A stretch of DNA of 26,558 bases from a virus (Duplodnaviria; Caudoviricetes), in the IMG/VR virus record IMGVR_UViG_3300025164_000674, positions 1 through 26,558 of that record. One strand, given 5' to 3'. Numbering within the stretch: the stretch's first letter is position 1; the number at the start of each line of letters is the position of its first letter. Below, piece by piece: positions 8,341 through 16,775 of this stretch. The position numbers and the translations under genes are program-made. Below the pieces are notes generated by a model. The model made no database searches. It was not told where the DNA came from and saw only the letters and a program-made list of their open reading frames with translations.

Positions 8341-9669
8341 GTGCAGAGAACCTCTCCGGAGTCGGCCGTCTTCGAGTCGCTTAGCACCGACTTCACCAAG
8401 TCATTCAAGTTAATCCCGTCCGGGCAGTGGTACCGGGGGGACCGAGTCCTCGACATCACCGAGGCGCGCCTGAACGAGGTCGCCCGGAACTTCGCCGCCG
8501 GCCTACCGCGGTACCGCGTGCCGATTAACTTGGACCACGAGGACACGAGCGGAAAGGTCGGCACTGTGAAGGCAGTCGCCGTTCGGTTGGACGACGACGG
8601 CAAGCCGGCCCTGTACGTCACCGAGTTCGAGTTGACGAACAAGGGGCGGAAGGCCGTAGACGAATCCGGGTACGACTCGCTTAGCGCCGAGGTATACTGG
8701 TCGCTGAACGGTGCGACCTACCAGGACCCGAAGACGGGCGTCGAGTTCGACAACGTGCTGGTCGGCGTTGCCCTCACGCCCCGGCCGTTCTTCGGGCACG
8801 GGGAGGTCGCGCTTTACAGTGCTGACCGATACTACTCTGAAGATCAGGAACGCGACGACGATAAAGAAGAGTACTTTGGTGAGTACTCTCCCGAGTACCG
8901 AAAGCAATTAGCCGAGGAGGGACGGGCCCTCCCGGACGGGAGTTACCCAATCGAGACGAAGGCTGACCTGGCGAACGCAGTCCAGGCGTACGGGCGGGCC
9001 GGGGCGAAGGCGCCGGTGAAACGACACATCCTCAAGCGCGCCAAGGAATTAGACGCGGAGGACTTGATCCCGGCCGAGTGGTCTGGGAAGGAGGAGGCAG
9101 GAATGACAGGCAAGACACCGGAACAGTTGGCAGTCGAGCAGTCGGCGGCCGAGAAAGCGGCGGCCGAGAAAGCGGCAGCCGAGCAGTTGGCGGCCGAGAA
9201 AGCGGCAGCCGAGCAGTTGGCGGCCGAGAAGTCGTTCGTAGAAAAGACGTTAACCGAGCAGTTGACGGCCGAGCGAGCCCGCACCGCGGTACTCGAGATC
9301 AGGGTAGAACAGATGGCCGCGGGAATCCGTACGTCCGAGCTCAAGCGAGTGGCCGAGGCGTTCGTTGCCCTCCCGGTCAACCCGGACGAGTTCGCCACCA
9401 AGTTCCAGGCCCTGGAGAGGGTGGACAAGACGCTGGCGGAGTGGTTCACCGGGCAGTTTGCGGCGTTCGACAAGGTGCTGACCGAGGCCGGCCTGCTGAA
9501 CGAGCTCGGTAATGGACGGAACGGGGACCAAACCCCGGCCGAGCAGTTCATCGGGCTCGTCAACGCGACCCTGAAAGAGAAGTTCGCTGGGAACCCGGCC
9601 AAGTACAGCGAGGCACTGGCCGTGACGAGCAAGGCCCACCCTGATCTCGCAAAGGCCTACACCCTGTAG
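8341..9669 (+). CDS. Prohead protease-scaffold fusion (Mu I/gp32-like)
   Basis: PINLDHE, YDSLSAE and [11 protein letters not shown] protease motifs; coiled-coil scaffold with AAEK/EQL repeats. Start placed at GTG 8341 after AGGAGGGA. Confidence 0.85.
   Translation: MQRTSPESAVFESLSTDFTKSFKLIPSGQWYRGDRVLDITEARLNEVARNFAAGLPRYRVPINLDHEDTSGKVGTVKAVAVRLDDDGKPALYVTEFELTNKGRKAVDESGYDSLSAEVYWSLNGATYQDPKTGVEFDNVLVGVALTPRPFFGHGEVALYSADRYYSEDQERDDDKEEYFGEYSPEYRKQLAEEGRALPDGSYPIETKADLANAVQAYGRAGAKAPVKRHILKRAKELDAEDLIPAEWSGKEEAGMTGKTPEQLAVEQSAAEKAAAEKAAAEQLAAEKAAAEQLAAEKSFVEKTLTEQLTAERARTAVLEIRVEQMAAGIRTSELKRVAEAFVALPVNPDEFATKFQALERVDKTLAEWFTGQFAAFDKVLTEAGLLNELGNGRNGDQTPAEQFIGLVNATLKEKFAGNPAKYSEALAVTSKAHPDLAKAYTL
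8824..8865 (+). repeat. Degenerate tag, copy 5 ([13 protein letters not shown])
   Basis: YSEDQxRD is conserved but with different codons; lies at the end of the protease domain. Confidence 0.8.
9142..9231 (+). repeat. 15/30-bp coding tandem repeat ([10 protein letters not shown]) in the scaffold region
   Basis: GCGGCCGAGAAAGCGGCAGCCGAGCAGTTG is repeated. Confidence 0.85.
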
Positions 9670-9684
9670 GCGGAGGAGGAGACA

Positions 9685-10107
9685 ATGGCTTCGTATTTCG
9701 ATGGCGGGTTCGACGGTAGTTTCGTCGCTGATACTGACTTGACGACCCACCAGTTCAAGCTCGCGAAGGCGGCCAGCATCGTCGGGAACGCCGGCCTCGC
9801 AGACAGTGGGTCGAACCCGTACCCGATCGGCGTGCTGCAGAACGACCCGAGCGCTGGGCAGGAAGCCCGGATCCGGATGATAGGGTTCACGAAGGCGATC
9901 GCCCGCGTGACGACCTGCGTCCTCGACCACGGTGCTTGGCTGAAGGGTGCCAGCGACGGCCTGTTCGAGCCGTTGACGTCGATCACCGGGACCGAAACAG
10001 CGATCGGCCGGTGGTTTGGGCCGGGTAACACCACGGTGGACGCGTCGATCATGGGTAACGTCCTCGTGTTCATCACAAACGCCTCGGCCGGCCAGTCGGC
10101 CAGCTAG
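9685..10107 (+). CDS. Capsid cement/decoration protein (DUF2190-like)
   Basis: Between scaffold and major capsid; IGVLQNDPSAGQEARIRMIG pattern; GGAGGAGG RBS. Confidence 0.7.
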   Translation: MASYFDGGFDGSFVADTDLTTHQFKLAKAASIVGNAGLADSGSNPYPIGVLQNDPSAGQEARIRMIGFTKAIARVTTCVLDHGAWLKGASDGLFEPLTSITGTETAIGRWFGPGNTTVDASIMGNVLVFITNASAGQSAS

Positions 10108-10131
10108 GGGTAAGAGGAGAAGGAGGAGACG

Positions 10132-11055
10132 ATGCCCAGTCCTACCGCACGACAGAGTCACATCGACGTTGCCCTGACGAACGTCGCGGTCGCGTACTCC
10201 AACGCCGCGTACATCGGAGGTCAAATCTTCCCGCAGGTGCCCGTCGCCAAGCAAACGAACAAGTTCTTCACGTTCCCCAAGGCATCCTGGTTCCGGGACG
10301 AGGCGGCGATCCGCGCCCCCGGTGCCCGCGCCCGCCGGGCCGACTACACCCTCTCCACAGACAGTTACCTGTGCCTGGAGAAGGCCCTGGCGCACCAGGT
10401 CACGCAGGAGGAGATGGAGAACAGCGACGACCCGTTGACCCCGTTCGTCCGGGCGACGGAGTACGTCACCGACCAGATCCTCAAGGCTCAGGAGATCGAC
10501 GTGCTGGACCTCGTGTTCGGCACCGGCTGGTCAGCGAGCGTGACGCCCGGCACGTTGTGGAGTAACGACGCGGCTGACCCGATCGGGAACATCGAAACCG
10601 CGGTCTTCACGATCGCTCAGTCGATCGGCCGTTCGCCGACGACCGCCGTGATCGGCCGGGGCCTGTGGCGCTACCTGAAGAACCACCCGGACGTGGTCGA
10701 CCGTGTGAAGTATGCCGCCGGTCCGAGTGACCCGGCCATCGTGAGTCTACAGTCGATCGCCGCCCTGATCGGGATCGGTCGCCTGTTCCTCTCCGAGGCT
10801 GTGAAGGACTCCGGGAGCGAGGGAGCGGCCTCCAGCGTAAACTTCATCGCCGGCAACCACATGTGGTTCGGGTTCGTCGCGCCCAGTGCGGCGCTGACCG
10901 TCCCATCCGCCGGCTACCAGTTCACCTGGAAGCAGCGCGAGACAAATCGGTACGTCGAGGACCAGGAGCACGCGGACGTTGTAGAGGTCCGAGCATCCTG
11001 GGACACCAAGATCACCGCGCCGGACGCCGGTTACCTGATCAAGGACGCCGCGTAG
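10132..11055 (+). CDS. Major capsid protein (HK97 fold, lambda gpE-like)
   Basis: HIDVALTNVAVAYSN, IFPQVPV, PSAGYQF and DAGYLIKDA motifs; 307 aa; strong RBS and GC-biased codon use. Confidence 0.9.
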   Translation: MPSPTARQSHIDVALTNVAVAYSNAAYIGGQIFPQVPVAKQTNKFFTFPKASWFRDEAAIRAPGARARRADYTLSTDSYLCLEKALAHQVTQEEMENSDDPLTPFVRATEYVTDQILKAQEIDVLDLVFGTGWSASVTPGTLWSNDAADPIGNIETAVFTIAQSIGRSPTTAVIGRGLWRYLKNHPDVVDRVKYAAGPSDPAIVSLQSIAALIGIGRLFLSEAVKDSGSEGAASSVNFIAGNHMWFGFVAPSAALTVPSAGYQFTWKQRETNRYVEDQEHADVVEVRASWDTKITAPDAGYLIKDAA

Positions 11056-11057
11056 TC

Positions 11058-11110
11058 CTGACCCCTCGCCGGGGACCGACCGGGGCGGTCGGTCCCTGCG
11101 GGGTTCGGGG
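11058..11110 (+). terminator. Strong GC hairpin after the capsid gene (terminator or mRNA stabiliser)
   Basis: GGGACCGACC-ggggc-GGTCGGTCCC, extendable outward; no U-tract. Confidence 0.55.
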
Positions 11111-11125
11111 GAAGGGATAACACAC

Positions 11126-11479
11126 ATGCCCGCAGAGAAGCAACGACTTCGACTCCTATTGAGTCGCCTGGTCCTGGGCGGGGCGAACGACGACGCTGTA
11201 ACCGGCCTCCTCGCCGGGTCGGCGGCCTTCGTCGTCCCCGCGTTCGACGGCACTACCGCCGGGTCGACCGAGCGGGTGGTCGCCACGATCACCGGGATGA
11301 CGGCGTGCCACCGCATGGTCGCCACTCCCCAGAGTATCGGCCCCTGCGTCGTGCTGGTGTCCGTCTGCCCGGGAACCGACAATGCCAGCGCCGTGTTCGG
11401 CCTGTCTAGCGGCTGCGTCGTCGGAGCCGTCGCCGGCTCCACGATCACCCTGGCGTACGTCGCGTTCAAGCGACCCTAG
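11126..11479 (+). CDS. Hypothetical virion protein
   Basis: ATG with GAAGGGA RBS; beta-rich small-residue composition; in the head cluster. Confidence 0.7.
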   Translation: MPAEKQRLRLLLSRLVLGGANDDAVTGLLAGSAAFVVPAFDGTTAGSTERVVATITGMTACHRMVATPQSIGPCVVLVSVCPGTDNASAVFGLSSGCVVGAVAGSTITLAYVAFKRP

Positions 11480-11488
11480 GCGGCAGCC

Positions 11489-11782
11489 GTGTCACAATTG
11501 TTGCCGAGACCATCCTCCGGGAGTATCCTGACGGGGGCTGCATCGGTCCCCGGGGGTACAGCCGGAACCCCAGCGTGGTTCTACATCGTCGCCGGGGCGG
11601 CTACCGGGGGCGGAAGTGCCCTACTGTACAACGACACTGCCTGTACCGCGGGGCGGGAGGTCGTGCTCCTGCGGGCCACTGCGAACGAGCAGGGTCCCCA
11701 GGTGGGTCCGTTCTTCGCCACCTGCACCCTGTACCTGGGTCCGGTCAGTTCCGGCAGCGTAGTGGTCTGGACGGGGCCCTAA
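11489..11782 (+). CDS. Hypothetical virion protein
   Basis: Tightly packed in the operon; composition like neighbouring structural genes. Confidence 0.65.
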   Translation: MSQLLPRPSSGSILTGAASVPGGTAGTPAWFYIVAGAATGGGSALLYNDTACTAGREVVLLRATANEQGPQVGPFFATCTLYLGPVSSGSVVVWTGP

Positions 11783-11865
11783 TCGTTCGGTAGGGCGGTG
11801 ACAATCCCTAGGCCGGCCCCGGCACTGACGTCGGCGCCGGCCCATCTTGTTATCGGGAGTCCAGC

Positions 11866-12180
11866 ATGCCGATACCCATCGTACCCGAAGCAGATATCTT
11901 GGAGGTCATCCGGAGAATGGGGCCGACCCTCCCGGTCGACGCGGTGCCCCAGGTCACCCTGACCGCCGTCGTGTCGCTCACGAGGGAGTTCCGCGACCTC
12001 CGGGTGGCCGTCGAGGGGCACGTTGCGGACCAGAACCTGCACTCGCCCCGCGGGCTCCTCCTGCGGCGGGACGTCATCTTGCCGATGGTGACGACCATAC
12101 TGGTGGGTGCGACCGTGGTTTACGCGTTCTACAACTCCATCGACCTGAAGTCAATCCTCGCTATTCTGGCCCTGAAGTAA
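11866..12180 (+). CDS. Hypothetical membrane protein with a C-terminal transmembrane segment (possibly holin-like)
   Basis: GGGAG RBS; hydrophobic VILPMVTTILVGATVVYAFY. Confidence 0.6.
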   Translation: MPIPIVPEADILEVIRRMGPTLPVDAVPQVTLTAVVSLTREFRDLRVAVEGHVADQNLHSPRGLLLRRDVILPMVTTILVGATVVYAFYNSIDLKSILAILALK

Positions 12181-12201
12181 AGAGTTTTACTAGGAGGACT
12201 C

Positions 12202-12711
12202 ATGGCCTACAGTACCTGCGCGACGGTCGCCGCACTAATCCCGAACCTGCTGAACAACGCGGCGTCGTTCGACAACCTCCCGACAACGGTCGTGCCGGGG
12301 TCGACCGCACTCGTCCGGTTCATGTCCGCCGGGTGCTCCCTCATCGAGACCCGCCTCGTCTCCCTCGGGTACGGGGTACCAGTCGCGGCCGGGAACCGCC
12401 TGTACGACCTCCTGGCCGACGCCGAGGCGTCCTACGCGGCCTACCGTGCGGAGCAATCCCGCGGGTCCCCGCGCACCGGGCCAGGCACGCGCTCGCGCGC
12501 GGAGGGGTTCAAACAGCACTTCGAGGACACGCTGGAGTCCCTGACTACGATGGACTTGACTCAGGCGGGGGCGGCCCTCGGGTACGCCGGGGCAGGATGG
12601 TACGTGGGTGGCACCTCCCAGGCAGAGAAGAACCTGGTAGAGTCCGACGGTAACCGGGTTGACCCACGGTTCTTTCGAGATCAATTCGCAAACATAAAAG
12701 CGGCTTCTTAG
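12202..12711 (+). CDS. Head-tail adaptor (Mu gp36/HK97 gp6-like)
   Basis: MAYSTCATVAAL start and IETRLVSLGYGVPV pattern; AGGAGG RBS; position after capsid genes. Confidence 0.65.
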   Translation: MAYSTCATVAALIPNLLNNAASFDNLPTTVVPGSTALVRFMSAGCSLIETRLVSLGYGVPVAAGNRLYDLLADAEASYAAYRAEQSRGSPRTGPGTRSRAEGFKQHFEDTLESLTTMDLTQAGAALGYAGAGWYVGGTSQAEKNLVESDGNRVDPRFFRDQFANIKAAS

Positions 12712-12712
12712 G

Positions 12713-12718
12713 TATAAT
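12713..12718 (+). promoter_or_regulatory. -10 box (TATAAT), likely giving a leaderless endonuclease mRNA
   Basis: TATAAT is 6 nt before GTG 12725, which has no SD; same spacing as at terS. Confidence 0.6.
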
Positions 12719-12724
12719 AGTATC

Positions 12725-13399
12725 GTGAGTGATACGGCGACTATTTACGCCCTTGTGAACCCGAGGGACGCGCGGGTTCGGTACGTCGGGAAGGCAAACG
12801 ACCCCGAGAAGCGGGCCGCATCGCATGTGGGCCGGGCGGCTAAGACCCTCAAGTTCAACCTTGGGATGGGCGCTTGGCTGCAGGGTTTGAGGGCGGCCGG
12901 GTTGACCCCCGGGGTTTTGGTCCTGGAGGAGGTTCCGAGGGACTCGTGGGAGGCGGCGGAGGTCCGGTGGATCAAGGACCTCAAGGAGTCTGGGTTCGAC
13001 CTACTGAACCTTCACTCCGGGGGGGCAGGCAGTACTCGTGCGTGGAATAAAAACAGGCGTCTATCCTTGAGTCATTGTGCTAATATCGGCCGGGCGAATA
13101 AAGGTAAGGTTCTAACGGCAGAACATCGAGCAAAGATTGCCGCCGGTCATTTAAGGATAGTACCGTGGAACAAGGGTATCCCTACTCCTGAGAGTACTAG
13201 GCAGAAGATTAGCGAGGCAAACAGATTAGCGTTTAGCCAAGTTAGTACACGGCTTCTCTTATCCAAGAGGACTAAGGAGTACTGGGCGAACCTCAGCAAC
13301 GAGGAACGGGCAGCTCGTAAGAAACTAACGCGTGACGGGATAGCCCGCCGTCAATTCGAGCGCAAGAAAGAGGGTGGTCAGCATGGCAGTTCCGCGTAA
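12725..13399 (+). CDS. Free-standing GIY-YIG homing endonuclease with NUMOD3-like repeats
   Basis: IYALV...RYVGK...R...H, later E and N (EAAEVRWI, LLN); KGKVLTAEHRAKIA and NKGIPTPESTRQKISEA repeats; AT-richer 3' half. Confidence 0.85.
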   Translation: MSDTATIYALVNPRDARVRYVGKANDPEKRAASHVGRAAKTLKFNLGMGAWLQGLRAAGLTPGVLVLEEVPRDSWEAAEVRWIKDLKESGFDLLNLHSGGAGSTRAWNKNRRLSLSHCANIGRANKGKVLTAEHRAKIAAGHLRIVPWNKGIPTPESTRQKISEANRLAFSQVSTRLLLSKRTKEYWANLSNEERAARKKLTRDGIARRQFERKKEGGQHGSSA

Positions 13400-14919
13400 A
13401 CCGACGCCCAAGACTGGGATCAACGTCGTGTACCTCTACGCGGACTCCTGACGGGGTCCGCTGAGGAGTGGAACTGTTCGTGTAAGAACCGCACTGGCGT
13501 TGTCACCTAGTCAGTAATGCGGTGAACTGGGCCAACGAGCGGGACCCGGTGGGTTCACCCCACCAGGCCCGGTTGTACTACCTTCGGACGGCCCTTGACC
13601 TCGACAACCCAGTCGTGCAGTCGAAGCTCGGGTGGGCAGACGTGCTGGTGTTCCAGCGGAACATCGTCACGCCTGACGTGTGGGCTGCGATGGATTACTG
13701 GCGGGCCCTCGGTAAGGTCGTCCTCGTCGACCTTGACGACCACTACCCCCACATCCCGGCGTCAAACCCCGCGCACCCGTACTGGGCGCAGAACGTGCTA
13801 GGTTTGGACCCGGAGCCCGTCGCCGCGCTGGAGGAGGGACTCCGACACGCGGACGCCCTTCTCGCGCCGAACCGGCTGATCCTCCGGGACTGGGCGCACG
13901 TCGTCGACGGGTACTATTGGCCGAATTACCTCCCCGGCCCCGACTACTGGGACCTCGACAAGTTCCGCAGGCCCCCCAGTGCACTGGACGTCGAGTACTT
14001 GTCCCGGCCGGCCCCGGAGGGATCGACCGAGCCACTCCTCCTCGCCAAGGAGCGGGAGGGGAGCGCCGGCCAAGTCGTCATCGGCTGGGGTGGGAGTATC
14101 AGCCACGTCGACTCCTTCCGCTACAGTGGCGTCCTCCCCGCGCTGTCGCGGCTCCTCCGGGATCGGCCGAACGTCGTGTTCAAGTTCTGCGGCCACGAGG
14201 CGCGGCTCGACCCGTACTTCGCTGCGTTACCCGCAGCCCAGGTCATCCGGCAACCGGGAGTCTTCCCGGCCCATTGGCCGAAGGTCGTCGCCACGTTCGA
14301 CGTCGGGATCGCGCCGCTCGACCTCCGACCGTGCCCCGGGGGAACGGCCTCGGCCGTAGAGGGATACGCCTACGACGAGCGGCGGTCGTGGTTGAAGCTC
14401 GTCGAGTACGTCGGTGCCGGCGTACCGTTCGTGGCCTCCCGGGGTGAACCGTATCGGGACCTGGCCCGGTTCGGGGCGGTCGTCGACAATACCGAGGAGG
14501 CATGGTACGACGCCCTCCGATCGAGGGTCGACTCGATCGGTGCCTTCCGGGAGGAGGCCGCCAAGTACCGCCGGTGGGCCATGAAGCGGTTGACAGCGGA
14601 GGCAAACGTACCCGAACTGATGCGGATGCTGGACATAGTCGGCAAGACCTCCCAAGCACGTGCCGGCCGGAACCTCCCGAATACCACTTACGTCGAAGCG
14701 GGAGAACCGGTCGCCGACCAGCCGACACTGTCTTACCGTAGCGGTGACCCGCTGGAGACCGGGGTAGCGGCAACGACGAACCAAGCCCGGGAACTGGCCG
14801 CCACCCTTGCCATCGACCACACCCTGTACTACAAGGGCCTACTGTTAGGCGCTATCCTGGAGTACCCGTTGACCGAACGATTCAACATCGCACTGGTTCA
14901 GGAGCCCCCCGGTGTCTAA
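13383..14919 (+). CDS. GT-B glycosyltransferase (GT4-like). The 5' end is interrupted by two 11-nt inserts: 504 aa if recoded, otherwise the open part is 13522-14919
   Basis: ADVLVFQR, VDLDD, IGWGGSISH, FDVGIAPL and SWLKLVEY...GVPFVAS motifs. ATG 13383 has an RBS (GAGGGTGG) while GTG 13522 has none; removing 2x11 nt gives one continuous frame. Confidence 0.75.
13446..13459 (+). other. Candidate translational bypass element 1 (TCC-TGA-CGGGG-TCC)
   Basis: Matching codons 11 nt apart; stop immediately after the first; 9-bp stem 13440-13448/13453-13461 with a UGAC loop. Confidence 0.55.
13479..13491 (+). other. Candidate 11-nt insert 2 (TGTAAGAACCG)
   Basis: Removal joins WNCS to HWRC; GTTC/GAAC stem with a TAA-containing loop; CG repeated at the borders. 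Confidence 0.5.
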
Positions 14920-16120
14920 TAAGCCTACCCTCGTTACGATCGGGTCCGACGTCCAACGGTCGTTGTGGGCGCCGTTGGCCGAGACCTTCGACCTCTTGTT
15001 CGTGAACTCCCAGGCGGGGGCGGCCGCCCGGGGGCTGGGGGTCGAGTGTAGACTGGTTCAGGACGTTGTTACCGGGGAGGTCGAGGGGTCGGCCCGGGCG
15101 GCGGCCCTTCGGCTCGTATCCGAGTACGTTCACTCGTTCGAAGAACGTCGGCCCCACTTCGTCCTCGGCCACCCCCGCCTCGACGGCGACGGGTTGACCC
15201 AGTGGTACTACCCCCTCCTCCTGGACGCCGTCACCCAATTGACCGTGCAAACGGAGGCGATCCTGGCGGCGGTAGCCGGTAAAACGGTAGCCGGGATCCT
15301 CCTCCACGAGGACGTTACGCACATCGGTCGACTGCTGGCTGCTATCGGGACCGACATTCTCCGGGTCCCGGTGATCCACGTCCCTCACGCTAGTCACTTC
15401 CTGTCCCCGACAACGGCTGACCTTCACTCGCGGGTCTACAGTACCCACCTTGCCCTCCCCGGGGAGTACGCCCGGGACTGGTACGCCGCGGCCGGCGTAC
15501 CCAGCACCGTAATTCGGGTCACCGGTGCCCCGCAGTGGGACGAGTTGTACGGGGATCCGTCGCCAGTGATCCCGAGGGACGCTGCCCGCAGAACCCTGCA
15601 CTGTCCCCCGGAGGGGGAGGTACTGGGTTACGCCGGGACGTGGGCGCAGTACACAACCGTGTGGGGTAGGGGGCAGGAGGATGTATGGGATGCGGCCCGT
15701 ACCGTCTTCCGTGAGGCAAAGCGGCGGGGGGCGTACGTCGTTGTCTCCCTCCACCCCCACGAGTCCTCAGACCACGTCGCGCTGTACGCCGATCTCCTCC
15801 GTAAGAGCGGGGCCGCCGGGTGCATTACCCGCGGGACCAGAGGGTTCGTCCTCGGGGCCGTCGACGCCCTCATCGTCCACTCGTCAAACTTCGGGGTCGA
15901 AGCGCTCGCTGCCGGTGTCCCGGTCGTCGATTACTGGCTGTGCGGGGCGCAATACCCCGTCAGGGCCCGCGTGCCAGGTACTTGGGGTGACACCCTCGGT
16001 GCCCAGTTGGACGTCGTATCGGGGTCGACCCCCGGGCGGGAATTCGTTCGGTACGTGAATCACGACGACGACGGCGGAGCGACGACTCGGGTCGTGGCGG
16101 CCGTGAAAGAGTGGGTGTGA
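14912..16120 (+). CDS. GT-B fold protein (UDP-GlcNAc 2-epimerase/glycerophosphotransferase/capsule-modification-like)
   Basis: VPVIHVPHA, IRVTGAPQWDEL, SLHPHE and SSNFGVEALAAGVPVV motifs. Confidence 0.7.
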   Translation: MSNKPTLVTIGSDVQRSLWAPLAETFDLLFVNSQAGAAARGLGVECRLVQDVVTGEVEGSARAAALRLVSEYVHSFEERRPHFVLGHPRLDGDGLTQWYYPLLLDAVTQLTVQTEAILAAVAGKTVAGILLHEDVTHIGRLLAAIGTDILRVPVIHVPHASHFLSPTTADLHSRVYSTHLALPGEYARDWYAAAGVPSTVIRVTGAPQWDELYGDPSPVIPRDAARRTLHCPPEGEVLGYAGTWAQYTTVWGRGQEDVWDAARTVFREAKRRGAYVVVSLHPHESSDHVALYADLLRKSGAAGCITRGTRGFVLGAVDALIVHSSNFGVEALAAGVPVVDYWLCGAQYPVRARVPGTWGDTLGAQLDVVSGSTPGREFVRYVNHDDDGGATTRVVAAVKEWV

Positions 16121-16121
16121 G

Positions 16122-16775
16122 ATGGACGTATTACGCGCCCTCCTGCTAGAGGGGGGTACAATCCTGCCGGCTGAGTACGGTCAAAACGGTGAGTTGGAGA
16201 CGGACGAGTTACTCGCCCTTGTATTCTTAGTTAAACGACTCCGACCCCGACACGTGTTCGAATTCGGAACGTTCCGGGGGACGACGGCCCTGACTATCGC
16301 GGCTAACGCGCCGAGTGGGGCCACGGTGTGGACGTTGGATACGGTGTCCCTCCCGAAGAGGTGTATCGGTCACAACGAGGAGTACCACCCAGACAGGACG
16401 ACCGTCGGCAAGGCATTCCTCGACCGGTCGTTGTACCGGGGTAGGGCCGTGATGCAGTTGTGGGGTGACTCATTGGAAACTGACCTCACCCAATTCTACG
16501 GGTTAATGGACCTCGTTCTCGTCGACGGTGGTCACGACCCCGAGACAGTTCGACACGACGTCCTGGAAGCCTGGCGATTACTCCGGGACCCCGGAGGCGC
16601 GTCTACCTTGCTCGTGCACGATTGTACCCGGGTCGCAGCCGTCCTTATGGCAGTGCAGGACGTGATCCTCCTCAAGGCAGCGCGAGACTTGATGAGTCTC
16701 ACCACGAAAGCAACCGTCGTTAGGGAGTTGGCGATAATCGGGGAAGCCGCGGCGAGGGTCTTCTGTGATTATTAG
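16122..16775 (+). CDS. Class I SAM-dependent methyltransferase (Methyltransf_24-like)
   Basis: VFEFGTFRGTT, TLD, GDS and DLVLVDGGH motifs; LLVHD. Confidence 0.85.
   Translation: MDVLRALLLEGGTILPAEYGQNGELETDELLALVFLVKRLRPRHVFEFGTFRGTTALTIAANAPSGATVWTLDTVSLPKRCIGHNEEYHPDRTTVGKAFLDRSLYRGRAVMQLWGDSLETDLTQFYGLMDLVLVDGGHDPETVRHDVLEAWRLLRDPGGASTLLVHDCTRVAAVLMAVQDVILLKAARDLMSLTTKATVVRELAIIGEAAARVFCDY

Noticed and set aside
9250-10395. Long antisense ORFs (for example 9250-10395, 14882-15760, 806-1591)
   Set aside because: Shadows of GC-rich sense genes, with no recognisable motifs.
11811-11843. GC hairpin GGCCGGC...GCCGGCC as a terminator
   Set aside because: No U-tract, and such stems are common at this GC content; function cannot be supported.
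12712-13400. Group I intron or intein housing the endonuclease
   Set aside because: It lies between complete genes with its own -10 box; no room for a ribozyme core and no intein terminal motifs.
13449-13451. Selenocysteine or simple readthrough of the TGA, or an alternative genetic code
   Set aside because: In-frame readthrough does not give the EEWNCS/HWRC sequence, two frame changes are needed, and TGA, TAA and TAG all end other genes normally.
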